Below are positions 42,369 to 54,544 of a stretch of DNA of 58,274 nucleotides, piece by piece. Source of the DNA: Prochlorococcus sp. AH-716-I09 (GTDB lineage: Bacteria; Cyanobacteriota; Cyanobacteriia; PCC-6307; Cyanobiaceae); the NCBI GenBank assembly GCA_028409275.1, contig JAOOML010000001.1, positions 1-58,274 of the forward strand, read 5' to 3'. How positions within the stretch are numbered: the stretch's first letter is position 1; the number at the start of each line of letters is the position of its first letter. Under the pieces are notes generated by a model. The model made no database searches and had not been told where the DNA came from. It saw nothing but the letters and a program-made list of their open reading frames with translations. The position numbers and the translations under genes are program-made.

Positions 42369-43427
42369 ATGGAAAATTCACCAACTATATTAATTGTTCC
42401 AACTGGTATTGGTTGTGAAGTAGGAGGTTTTGCTGGGGATGCACTTCCTACCGCTAAATTATTAGCATCGGCAAGTGGATGTTTAATTACTCATCCAAAT
42501 GTTATGAATGGCGGTACTCTTTCTGAAAAAGATAAAAATATTTTTTATGTTGAGGGTTATAGTTTAGACCGACTTGCTAAAGGAGAAATCGCTTTAAAAA
42601 GGGTAAAGCAACAGAAAATTGGGATAATTTTTGATTCAGCCATTGAAAGTGAAATATTAGTAAGACATTTACAAGTTGCTGATGCATGTGTTTCTACTTT
42701 AGGGATTAATGTTCATTCTTATGTGATTACAAAAAAGCCATTAAAGATAGTTATTGATTCAGATTCGTCAAAAATCAGTTGTGGCACAATTGAAAATCCT
42801 GATACTCTAATTGATGCTGGAAAATTTTTAATAGAAAAGGGAGTTACGGCAATAGCAATTGTGGCAAAATTTCCAGATGATTCAGATTCTTCAGAAACAA
42901 ATATTTATCGAGAGGGGAAAGGGGTTGATCCTATTTCTGGAGTCGAAGCAGTTATAAGTCATTTAATAAGCAAATTCTTAAAAGTTCCGTGTGCTCACGC
43001 ACCTGCTTTAAATCCGATTGAATTGAACGAAAAATTAGATCCACGTGCAGCTGCAGAAGAAATAGGATATACCTTTTTACCATCAGTACTGATTGGGTTA
43101 AGCAACGCTCCGGACATTGTTGAATTGCCTGCTAAAAATGAATTAATCTCACTACACCCTGATCAGATTGAAACTATTGTTGTTCCTAATGGAGCACTAG
43201 GTGGAGAAGCAGTACTAGCAGGGATTGAAAAAGGTTTAAATATTATCTCTGTAAAAAATCAAAATACATTAAAAGTGACAAATGGGTTTTATGATTATCC
43301 CAATCTTTTTGAAGTGGATAATTATTTAGAAGCTGCAGGCATAATTCTTGCCATCAAAAAAGGTATCAACCTTGATTCAGTTAAACGGCCTTTGAAAAAA
43401 ATCCAACAGTGTTCTTATAGTGATTAA
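42369..43427 (+). CDS. DUF3326-family protein
   Basis: IVPTGIGCEVGGFAGDA, THPNVMNG, EGYSLD, GVEAVISH, HAPA and AAAEEIG. Confidence 0.86.
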   Translation: MENSPTILIVPTGIGCEVGGFAGDALPTAKLLASASGCLITHPNVMNGGTLSEKDKNIFYVEGYSLDRLAKGEIALKRVKQQKIGIIFDSAIESEILVRHLQVADACVSTLGINVHSYVITKKPLKIVIDSDSSKISCGTIENPDTLIDAGKFLIEKGVTAIAIVAKFPDDSDSSETNIYREGKGVDPISGVEAVISHLISKFLKVPCAHAPALNPIELNEKLDPRAAAEEIGYTFLPSVLIGLSNAPDIVELPAKNELISLHPDQIETIVVPNGALGGEAVLAGIEKGLNIISVKNQNTLKVTNGFYDYPNLFEVDNYLEAAGIILAIKKGINLDSVKRPLKKIQQCSYSD

Positions 43428-45121
43428 TAAGATATTGCAATTGGAACTCTCCAGTCACTTCCTAATGACTGACTGCTTAGTTTAAGAATAGGGGGAGCCT
43501 GCTTTCTTTTGAATTCCGCTTTTTTAATAAGTGAGATTATTTTTAAAATTAATTCTTTTTTATAACCATCTTCTTCTAGTTGTTGTAAATCTTTTTTCTC
43601 TTCAATAATTCCTTTAAGAATATTATCTAAAATAGAATAAGGTGGGAGAGAATCAGTATCTAATTGATTAGGACCTAATTCGGCACTTGGAGCTTTTGTA
43701 CGTATATTTTCTCCAATTATTTTCACATTAGTATCTAACATATATGATTTTCTATGATTAATTGAATCTTCACTATCAAGCCAATTGCATAATTTAAAAA
43801 CATTAGTTTTGTATAAATCCCCAATTACCGATAATCCTCCATTCATATCACCATAAAGTGTGCAATATCCTACAGCTAACTCTGATTTATTTCCTGTTGA
43901 AAGTAATAAATGCTTTTCTTGATTTGCTAAAGCCATCAGAAGCGTTCCTCTGATCCTTGATTGAATATTTTGATTTGTTATTTCAGCCATCTCGAAAGAT
44001 ATAGTTTTTACAAAAGATTCTTCAAAAGAGCTCATCAAGTTTTCAATTGGGATACTATTGAATTTTATTTTTAATCTTCTCGCTAAATCTTTCGCATCAC
44101 TCTTTGAATGAGATGAGCTCCACTTAGAGGGCATTGAGACGCAATAAATATTATTATTGCCAAGAGCAGCTGTCGCAATTGCTGAAACAAGTGCTGAATC
44201 AATGCCACCACTTAGTCCAATTAAAGCTGTTTTAAAACCGCATTTTTGAGCATAATCCCTTACCCCAAGGACTAATGCATCAAAAATTGATGACATCTCA
44301 GACTTTTCAAGTTTATTTTTTTGAGGTTTTGTTTGTTCAATGTCCCAACTAGAGAGGTCTTCTGAAAAAGATTTTAATTGCTTAATTTTAGATCCATTCT
44401 TATCAAGAATAAAACTATTTCCATCAAAAATTAAATTATCATTGGCGCCAATCTGGTTTACATATATCAGTGGTACTTGAAGATATTGAGCAGCAAAACT
44501 GCAAACTTTGGATCTTAGCTCTAACTTTTTGAAGGTATATGGGGAGGCTGATAAATTCACTAAGATATCAACTTTTTTTTTCTTTAAATCAAAAATAGGA
44601 TTCTTTTTATGAATTCCTCTACCTTCTATATTTTTGTTGACCCATAAATCCTCACATATAGTAAAGCCAAGTCGCCAAGTTTTATTATTTATCTCTTTTG
44701 TTAATACGGAAACTTTTTCTCCTGATCTAAAGTATCTTTTCTCATCAAATACCTCATAGGTGGGAAGAATAATTTTACGAGCAATTATTTTCCATTCACC
44801 GCGCTCAAGCAATGCAATAGAATTATAGAGATTTGGGAAAAAAGAATCATTTATTATCTCAGCTATCCCCACTGTGATACTTAAGTTTCCATATTTTTTA
44901 TTAATATCTGAAGCTAATTGGTCAAGAATTTGATACTGATTTTTGATTAAATTTTTTTTTAGAAGTAGGTCATTTGCTGGATATCCCCATAATGATAATT
45001 CTGGAGTAAGAACTAAATCAGCAGAATTTGAGCTAGCTTTCGAAGCAACATAAAGTATTTTTTTTGCATTGCCCTCTAGATCTCCAACAACTGGATTAAT
45101 TTGAGCAAGTAAAAACTTCAT
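43424..45121 (-). CDS. nadE: Glutamine-dependent NAD+ synthetase
   Basis: Nitrilase domain (PEL, ICEDLW) plus synthetase domain (GLSGGIDS, NIQSRIR, TGNKSE, PSAEL). Confidence 0.96.
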   Translation of the reverse strand: MKFLLAQINPVVGDLEGNAKKILYVASKASSNSADLVLTPELSLWGYPANDLLLKKNLIKNQYQILDQLASDINKKYGNLSITVGIAEIINDSFFPNLYNSIALLERGEWKIIARKIILPTYEVFDEKRYFRSGEKVSVLTKEINNKTWRLGFTICEDLWVNKNIEGRGIHKKNPIFDLKKKKVDILVNLSASPYTFKKLELRSKVCSFAAQYLQVPLIYVNQIGANDNLIFDGNSFILDKNGSKIKQLKSFSEDLSSWDIEQTKPQKNKLEKSEMSSIFDALVLGVRDYAQKCGFKTALIGLSGGIDSALVSAIATAALGNNNIYCVSMPSKWSSSHSKSDAKDLARRLKIKFNSIPIENLMSSFEESFVKTISFEMAEITNQNIQSRIRGTLLMALANQEKHLLLSTGNKSELAVGYCTLYGDMNGGLSVIGDLYKTNVFKLCNWLDSEDSINHRKSYMLDTNVKIIGENIRTKAPSAELGPNQLDTDSLPPYSILDNILKGIIEEKKDLQQLEEDGYKKELILKIISLIKKAEFKRKQAPPILKLSSQSLGSDWRVPIAISY

Positions 45122-45669
45122 TCAACTAATTTAGTGGATTCATATAAATTATTCTTTTTAACAATATCTATTAATGAAGTTGGTAAATTAGAATAACTAA
45201 AATGTGACCTTAACTTAGAACTTGAAATGTTTGGGATTTTTATGGTTGAAATCTTAAATTTCACTTTATAAGTTTCTAACATTTTAAGAGTATTTGATTC
45301 AACAGGATATCCGTCTCTTAAAATTATAAAAAAACTTACCTCCTTAATGATTTTATCAAAATTTTTCCAATGGAAAATATCTTTAATTAAATCACTCCCA
45401 ATAACAAAATCTAAATTATTAATTGACTCTACTGCCCATTGGCTACTAACATTTTGATTAAATAAAATTTTAGGATTATCTAAATCTTCAATAAGAGTTT
45501 TTAATAAATGGCTACGAATAGAGATATCCTCTTTGTGATTTTTGTTTGGGTTATTGCTTACATAACTAATAGTAAAAGAATAAATTTTGGATAATTCTTC
45601 AAGTATTTTTTTATGACCAATTGTAGGTGGATCTGCACTGGTACCAAATAATGCAATTCTTTTTCCCAT
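45118..45669 (-). CDS. nadD: Nicotinate-nucleotide adenylyltransferase (apparently with a short in-frame deletion)
   Basis: IALFGTSADPPTIGH (HxGH-like), FVIGSD, W and ISSS motifs. The ATG at 45669 is preferred. Confidence 0.9.
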   Translation of the reverse strand: MGKRIALFGTSADPPTIGHKKILEELSKIYSFTISYVSNNPNKNHKEDISIRSHLLKTLIEDLDNPKILFNQNVSSQWAVESINNLDFVIGSDLIKDIFHWKNFDKIIKEVSFFIILRDGYPVESNTLKMLETYKVKFKISTIKIPNISSSKLRSHFSYSNLPTSLIDIVKKNNLYESTKLVE

Positions 45670-45676
45670 TAAAGTT

Positions 45677-46918
45677 TTAAGGCAGAATGCTAACAAAATT
45701 ATTATTTAAATTTCTATTTGAAAAATAAATATTTATGTGGTTAAAAATTTCTGGGTCATTAAAATTGATATTTTGGATCATAATAGCGGGTTCTATAAAA
45801 GAATCTTTGCTTCTCATAAATATCTCTTTTGCTGCTAGTTTTCCTAGGATTTTTGTAGAATGAACTGCAATTGCTGCTTGAATAATTGCAATGGGTCCAT
45901 AGGGTAATAATGAAAGCCCGTTGGTAAAAGGTGCTGTTAATAGAATTACTTTCTTAATAAGATTGAATGATGTATTGACGCCGACTTGCGTGACTCCCAA
46001 AAATAAATTATTTATGGATATATTTTTAAATATTTTTCTTGAAGATTCACCTTTCAACTTTAAGCCGTAAATCTTACTTAATTCGCTAATTAATGCGGTA
46101 TCTAGTGCGAAACTACCAGCAACATCAAATAAAATAAAGGGATTAAGAGCTACTGCTGATGCCTTTATAGTCGAAAATTTACCAATAGTTGACTGAGCTA
46201 ATTTCTTCCTTCTTTTCAATCTTTGCTCTTTTATTTGCAGAAACAATTTGTCAGCTAATTGAATAGAATTGAGTGTTATTAATATCTCACCATATTTATT
46301 TATTATTTTTGTTACGTAATTTTTAAGATTGTTTTCATGATTAATAATTATTGGAATATTTAAATCTTTTGGAAGCTTAAACTTTATATTTTCAATTATT
46401 TCTTTTAATTCATCATTATTGAATAGATCGATTTTGTTTAATATTAAAATAATTTTTTTTCCATCTTTTATAAAAGAGCTGATTTCGCTTAACTCATTTC
46501 TATTTAAATCTCCCGAAACTATAAATAAAATAAGGTCTGAATGATTTATAAAAGAGTAAACTTTATCTGGGAATTTAATATTGCAGAAATCAAATCCTGG
46601 AGAATCTAGCAACTCTAAACTATTGAGTGTTTGATCTTTAAGAGTCCAAGTTTCTGATTGTATTTCTCTTGTGGTCCCATTAATAATATCTGTTTTGAAT
46701 ATGTCTTTTTTTAATAAAGAATTTAAAATAGAAGATTTCCCTACGCCTGATCTACCATATGTGCCAATTCTTATTTTTTTTTCTTTGAGTCTTAAAAGTT
46801 GTTGATTAAAAGAAATTATTTCTCTATTAAGAAAACTTTTTTCATAGTTGGTAAGATCAATACTTTCCCACCATTTTTTTAAAAGTAAGTAATTTTTACT
46901 GATTTCCAATTGTTTCAT
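45677..46918 (-). CDS. GTP-binding protein (HSR1/Era-like G domain plus DUF697-like C-terminus)
   Basis: G1 GRSGVGKS, G2 GTT, G3 DSPG, G4 NKID; hydrophobic C-terminal domain. Confidence 0.87.
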   Translation of the reverse strand: MKQLEISKNYLLLKKWWESIDLTNYEKSFLNREIISFNQQLLRLKEKKIRIGTYGRSGVGKSSILNSLLKKDIFKTDIINGTTREIQSETWTLKDQTLNSLELLDSPGFDFCNIKFPDKVYSFINHSDLILFIVSGDLNRNELSEISSFIKDGKKIILILNKIDLFNNDELKEIIENIKFKLPKDLNIPIIINHENNLKNYVTKIINKYGEILITLNSIQLADKLFLQIKEQRLKRRKKLAQSTIGKFSTIKASAVALNPFILFDVAGSFALDTALISELSKIYGLKLKGESSRKIFKNISINNLFLGVTQVGVNTSFNLIKKVILLTAPFTNGLSLLPYGPIAIIQAAIAVHSTKILGKLAAKEIFMRSKDSFIEPAIMIQNINFNDPEIFNHINIYFSNRNLNNNFVSILP

Positions 46919-47898
46919 GATTTATTTTTCCACCAACCAGCCAATACAGATAAGACAGCTTCTGCACCAATAATTCCCACAAATCCCCCAAATTCATCTA
47001 CTACTACTTTCACTCCTTTATGATCCTTGTCAAATCTTGTTAATAATTGATCTGCTTTAATCATTTCGGGAATGTAGTCAACAGGCTCGCAAATTTCTGA
47101 TAATAATTTTTTATTTTCCCCATTAATTAAATTCGCTAGCATTTTCTCACGTTTTACGACCCCTTGTATTTTGTCAACTTTATCTCCTAAAATAACCCAC
47201 CAAGGTGAGTTATCTGACATTATAAATTTTGAAATTTCATCAAGATTAGAAGAACCATCGAGACAAGGTGCTGAAACCCTAGGAATCATTAAATCTTTAG
47301 CTTTTAAATCATTTAATTGAAAAACCTTAAATATCATTGCTGCCTCATCAGCTTCTATCAAACCTTTCTGACTTCCAATTTTTGCCATTTGTCTAATTTC
47401 TTCCTCATCAGTTGAAATTTCATTTTCTGCAGTAATAACTGGAAATATTTGCTCTATTAATATTAAGAATGGCCTCATTAGGGTATTTAGTATTCTCAGG
47501 ATTGGCACGGATAATAAAGCTATTTGTATTGAAAATCTTGTTCCAAGAGCTTTGGGTAGTACTTCTCCAACTAAAACGACGAGTATATAAAAAACAATTG
47601 AAAACAGGGTTAAGCCAAAACTGCTATTAATAATCAATGCTCCGTATACTCCAAGAATAAGACTTCCAATTATGTTGAATCCATTATTAGTAATTGTAAT
47701 TACAGTTAATGTCCTCCCAAGATGTTTTCTAAGTTTAAGGAGTTGATTCGCAGAACTTTTAGGCTTTTGCCTTGAGGCTATTTCTAGAATTCTAATTGAA
47801 TTTACAGCTAAAAAAGCCGCTTCTACTCCCGAACAACATGCTGACCCAATTAAAATAATAATAATAAGCAAAATTAAACCGTAAACACTTGGTTCCAT
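46915..47898 (-). CDS. CNNM/DUF21 transmembrane + CBS-pair protein (CorB/hemolysin-like family)
   Basis: SGVEAAF, TNNGFN, GEVLPK, LMIPR and VVDEFGG. Confidence 0.88.
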   Translation of the reverse strand: MEPSVYGLILLIIIILIGSACCSGVEAAFLAVNSIRILEIASRQKPKSSANQLLKLRKHLGRTLTVITITNNGFNIIGSLILGVYGALIINSSFGLTLFSIVFYILVVLVGEVLPKALGTRFSIQIALLSVPILRILNTLMRPFLILIEQIFPVITAENEISTDEEEIRQMAKIGSQKGLIEADEAAMIFKVFQLNDLKAKDLMIPRVSAPCLDGSSNLDEISKFIMSDNSPWWVILGDKVDKIQGVVKREKMLANLINGENKKLLSEICEPVDYIPEMIKADQLLTRFDKDHKGVKVVVDEFGGFVGIIGAEAVLSVLAGWWKNKS

Positions 47899-47972
47899 TA
47901 AGATAGATTTAACAATGAATCTGTTTTAATTTATTCTTCCATTTTTTTTTAAAACACGCCAATACTCAATTT

Positions 47973-49298
47973 ATGTTTAAACCTAATAATAAAGTTTTTG
48001 AAGAAAGAAGAGAAATTTTTCTCAATAAATTAAATGGGAAAGCTGCTATTATTCCAGGTGCTAACCTTGTAAAGCATCACGCAGATTGCGAGTATCCTTT
48101 TAGGCAAGATAGTAATTTTTGGTATTTAACTGGTTTTGATGAGCCTGATGCGATTGCTCTTTTCTTATCTCATAAGCCAAAGGGAGAGAGATTTATTTTG
48201 TTTGTCGCACCGAAAGATGCTATCAGCGAAGTTTGGCATGGTTTTAGATGGGGTTTGGAAGGCGCTGAAAAAGAGTTTAAGGCAGATAAGGCTCATTCAA
48301 TAAATGATCTAAGAGATTTAATGCCAGGATATCTAAATGGTTCTGAAGAGCTTGTTTTTTCAATTGGTAAGAATTCATTTATTGAAAAAATAGTACTTGA
48401 GATATTTTCAAAACAACTTGAAAATCGCTCAAGATTGGGGACTGGCGCAAATTCTATAAAATCTCCAGAAATTTATTTAAATGATATGAGATTAATCAAA
48501 AGTGAATTTGAGATCAAGAGAATGAAAGAGGCCATACAAATTTCAGCAGAAGCTCATGAACTAGTCAGAAAATCTATCTCATCTAAGCAAAACGAAAGAC
48601 AAATTCAGGGTCTTTTAGAGGGATTCTTTTTAGAAAAAGGTGCAAGAGGACCTGCTTATAATTCTATCGTTGCTTCAGGAGATAATGCATGTATTTTGCA
48701 CTACACTTTAAATAACTCTCCATTGAATAAGGGGGATTTGTTATTGGTTGATGCTGGCTGCTCCTTAACTGATTATTACAATGGAGACATAACACGAACT
48801 ATTCCAATAAGCGGGAAATTTTCTAAAGAGCAAAAAGTTATCTATGAGATTGTTTTGAGTGCTCAAAAAACTGCAATAAGAAGTGTTATAAAAGGATCAA
48901 ATTCTTGCGCTGTTCATAATGCTGCGTTAACAGTTTTAGTAGAGGGATTAAAAGAAATTGGTTTATTATCGGGCAGCACTGAGGAGATAATCGAGAAACA
49001 ATCATACAAACATCTATACATGCATAGAACTGGTCATTGGCTAGGCTTAGATGTTCATGATGTTGGAGCATACAGAATGGGAGACTATGAAGTGCCACTA
49101 CAGAATGGAATGATTCTTACGGTGGAACCTGGTATTTATATAAGTGACAGGATTCCCATCCCAGAGGGACAGCCCACTATTGATGAGAAATGGAAAGGCA
49201 TTGGGATCAGAATTGAAGATGATGTTCTGGTCAAAGATACAAATCCGGAAGTTTTAAGTATTACAGCACTAAAAGAAATTTCTGATTTGGAATTTTAA
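47973..49298 (+). CDS. pepP: Xaa-Pro aminopeptidase (M24B)
   Basis: FRQDSNFWYLTG, ILHY, VDAG, DITRT, GHWLGLDVHD, EPG and IRIED. Confidence 0.95.
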   Translation: MFKPNNKVFEERREIFLNKLNGKAAIIPGANLVKHHADCEYPFRQDSNFWYLTGFDEPDAIALFLSHKPKGERFILFVAPKDAISEVWHGFRWGLEGAEKEFKADKAHSINDLRDLMPGYLNGSEELVFSIGKNSFIEKIVLEIFSKQLENRSRLGTGANSIKSPEIYLNDMRLIKSEFEIKRMKEAIQISAEAHELVRKSISSKQNERQIQGLLEGFFLEKGARGPAYNSIVASGDNACILHYTLNNSPLNKGDLLLVDAGCSLTDYYNGDITRTIPISGKFSKEQKVIYEIVLSAQKTAIRSVIKGSNSCAVHNAALTVLVEGLKEIGLLSGSTEEIIEKQSYKHLYMHRTGHWLGLDVHDVGAYRMGDYEVPLQNGMILTVEPGIYISDRIPIPEGQPTIDEKWKGIGIRIEDDVLVKDTNPEVLSITALKEISDLEF

Positions 49299-49351
49299 AA
49301 TTTGACTTATCTAGTTAATAGATTTATTTTTTATAAAGTTTAAAGTTCAAA

Positions 49352-49510
49352 ATGGACAAATCAGATTCATATGATTTCAAACTCTCTCAAGCAAGAGGTT
49401 TAGCTAGTCAGCTTGGAATGTTTGCAGAAGAAAATGATATCCCTAAGGATCTTTGGGATTCATTAGAAGATACAATATATGATTTTTATCAAGTTTCTCA
49501 TGATAGATAA
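49352..49510 (+). CDS. Small acidic hypothetical protein, 52 aa
   Basis: Not in the ORF track. ATG...TAA gives MDKSDSYDFKLSQARGLASQLGMFAEENDIPKDLWDSLEDTIYDFYQVSHDR. Composition is protein-like and it occupies most of the pepP-ycf65 gap. Confidence 0.72.
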   Translation: MDKSDSYDFKLSQARGLASQLGMFAEENDIPKDLWDSLEDTIYDFYQVSHDR

Positions 49511-49616
49511 GAATTCTCTTTGGAGATTATCAATAACTAAAATCAAGAAATTTTGAATGAATCAATCAAAATGTGACCATAAACTGATAAATTATTTATT
49601 GAACATATATAAGTGA

Positions 49617-50090
49617 ATGACCTCATCAGATAATCTAAATCAAAATTCAACAGAAAAAGAAAAAAACAGTGATCACCCAAAATCTAAAAATCCTTCCCAT
49701 AATTCAGGCATGATGGGAGCAACTGCAGTATTAGCGGCAGCCAAAATTGATGAAGATGGAGTTCCTACTGGTTATACTCCCAAACCTGACGAAGGAAGGT
49801 TCATTATTAAAGTGTTGTGGTTACCTGATAATGTTGCTTTAGCTGTTGATCAAATCGTAGGGGGAGGGCCAAGTCCTCTGACTGCTTATTATTTTTGGCC
49901 AAGAGATGATGCTTGGGAAAAATTAAAAAGTGAACTAGAGAATAAAGGTTGGATAACAGATAATGAAAGAGTTGAGATATTGAATAAAGCTACAGAAGTA
50001 ATAAATTATTGGCAAGAAGAAGGTAAAACAAAGAAATTAGAAGAAGCCAAGTTAAAGTTTCCGGAAGTAACTTTTTGTGGAACAGCTTAA
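49617..50090 (+). CDS. ycf65: 30S ribosomal protein PSRP-3 (Ycf65)
   Basis: FIIKVLWL...ALAVDQ...[16 protein letters not shown] signature. Alternative start at 49710 (MMGA). Confidence 0.92.
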   Translation: MTSSDNLNQNSTEKEKNSDHPKSKNPSHNSGMMGATAVLAAAKIDEDGVPTGYTPKPDEGRFIIKVLWLPDNVALAVDQIVGGGPSPLTAYYFWPRDDAWEKLKSELENKGWITDNERVEILNKATEVINYWQEEGKTKKLEEAKLKFPEVTFCGTA

Positions 50091-50092
50091 AA

Positions 50093-50497
50093 CTAGTTCT
50101 TTGCAGCTTGAATCCTAGCCTCAGCCTTAGAAATCTCTTTTAAAGCTTTGATTTTCTCTGGATTTTTTTCATTTTCAGAAAATTTACTTATGGCTAATTT
50201 TGCTTCTTTAAGATCTTGTTCAGCATTTTGAACATTAATTTCAGATCCAATTTCTGCATTGTTTACCAAAACTATAACTTCATCTGATTCAATTTCAGCG
50301 AAGCCCCCCATTAAAGCTATTGATTTCCACTGGGAATTCATTCTTAGCCTTAAAACACCAATATCAATAGCTGTAACTAATGAAATATGTCCAGGTAATA
50401 CACCTAGTTGGCCTGTAGTACTAGGAAGGATTACTTCTTCTGCTTCGCCTTGATAAACATTTTTATTAGGAGCTAAAACTTTAAGAGAAATTGCCAT
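50093..50497 (-). CDS. atpC: F1 ATP synthase subunit epsilon
   Basis: [14 protein letters not shown] and MGGFAE. Confidence 0.97.
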   Translation of the reverse strand: MAISLKVLAPNKNVYQGEAEEVILPSTTGQLGVLPGHISLVTAIDIGVLRLRMNSQWKSIALMGGFAEIESDEVIVLVNNAEIGSEINVQNAEQDLKEAKLAISKFSENEKNPEKIKALKEISKAEARIQAAKN

Positions 50498-50500
50498 TAA

Positions 50501-50520
50501 TTTAGGATTATTTAGGATTA
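50501..50520. repeat. Perfect 10-bp tandem duplication (TTTAGGATTA x2)
   Basis: Directly visible in the atpD-atpC spacer. Confidence 0.8.
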
Positions 50521-50539
50521 TATAAGTAAATTTAGATAT

Positions 50540-52003
<1,464 letters not shown>

Positions 52004-52053
52004 TTATTAATTGGGGGATGGCTAGCTGATTATATACAGCTTATATTCCGAAA

Positions 52054-52062
52054 ATACTACCA
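52054..52062 (-). promoter_or_regulatory. Candidate extended -10 promoter element for atpD-atpC
   Basis: Minus strand reads TGgTAGTAT about 55 nt upstream of the atpD ATG. Confidence 0.35.
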
Positions 52063-52087
52063 TCTCATGGGTAGATTCGTTAAATGG

Positions 52088-52103
52088 GTTCGGCCACCCG
52101 CAC
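52088..52103 (+). promoter_or_regulatory. K-box (cyanobacterial groESL/dnaK positive heat/light element)
   Basis: GTTCGG-CCAC-CCGCAC exactly matches the consensus GTTCGG-NNAN-CCNNAC, 115 nt upstream of groES. Confidence 0.8.
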
Positions 52104-52218
52104 AGTTAAAGTATGGTTTAATTGCCGCTTGGCGGATTATGTTGTTGATGATACGGATAGAGAATTTCTCTTTCCATTTATGACGCTAAGCGTCTCAATT
52201 ATGATTATCCATTAATCT

Positions 52219-52530
52219 ATGGCAGCTGTTTCACTTACAGTCTCTACAGTAAAACCACTGGGAGATAGAATATTTATTAAAGTTTCCGCATCTGAGGAAA
52301 AAACTGCTGGGGGCATTCTTTTGCCTGATACAGCTAAAGAAAAACCACAGGTAGGAGAAGTTGCTCAGGTAGGCCCTGGGAAACTAAATGACGATGGCTC
52401 TCGACAGACTCCAGAAGTGAGTATTGGCGATAAAGTCTTATACAGCAAATATGCTGGAACCGACATTAAATTGGGAGGAGATGAATATGTCTTGCTCTCA
52501 GAAAAAGATATCTTAGCTGTCGTAGGCTAA
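52219..52530 (+). CDS. groES: Co-chaperonin GroES
   Basis: [21 protein letters not shown] and YSKYAGT. Confidence 0.99.
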   Translation: MAAVSLTVSTVKPLGDRIFIKVSASEEKTAGGILLPDTAKEKPQVGEVAQVGPGKLNDDGSRQTPEVSIGDKVLYSKYAGTDIKLGGDEYVLLSEKDILAVVG

Positions 52531-52554
52531 AATATTTGTTTCAAAAATTATTAA

Positions 52555-54237
<1,683 letters not shown>

Positions 54238-54295
54238 AATTAACCTTTTAATTTAAGGAATCATTCAAAATGATTCCTTATTTTTTTTGCAAATA

Positions 54296-54523
54296 TTATG
54301 AAATCCAACCAGCGCTTAAAATAATTGCGAGAGATAAAAATATGAATAAAAAAGTCCACGTGATTTTGTTGAGAGAAGCCTCTGCACTACTTGCACTATT
54401 AAACATTGAGCTTCCACTGGCTGCGATTCCTCCCATCCCATCACCTTTTGGACTATGTAGTAAAACTAAAAGTATTAGTAGAACTCCAGATAACACCCAT
54501 ATCCAACTAAGAATTTGAATCAT
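54296..54523 (-). CDS. secG: Preprotein translocase subunit SecG
   Basis: LVLLHSPKGDGMGG and AEASLNKITW; two transmembrane helices. Confidence 0.95.
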   Translation of the reverse strand: MIQILSWIWVLSGVLLILLVLLHSPKGDGMGGIAASGSSMFNSASSAEASLNKITWTFLFIFLSLAIILSAGWIS

Positions 54524-54544
54524 TGGTTAAGTCTTGTATTCACT

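Noticed and set aside
49572-49587. TGTGA-N6-ACTGA upstream of ycf65 as a CRP site
   Set aside because: Only one half-site matches TGTGA-N6-TCACA.
54270-54518. 82-aa plus-strand ORF after groEL
   Set aside because: It is antisense to secG, which has a clear family signature.
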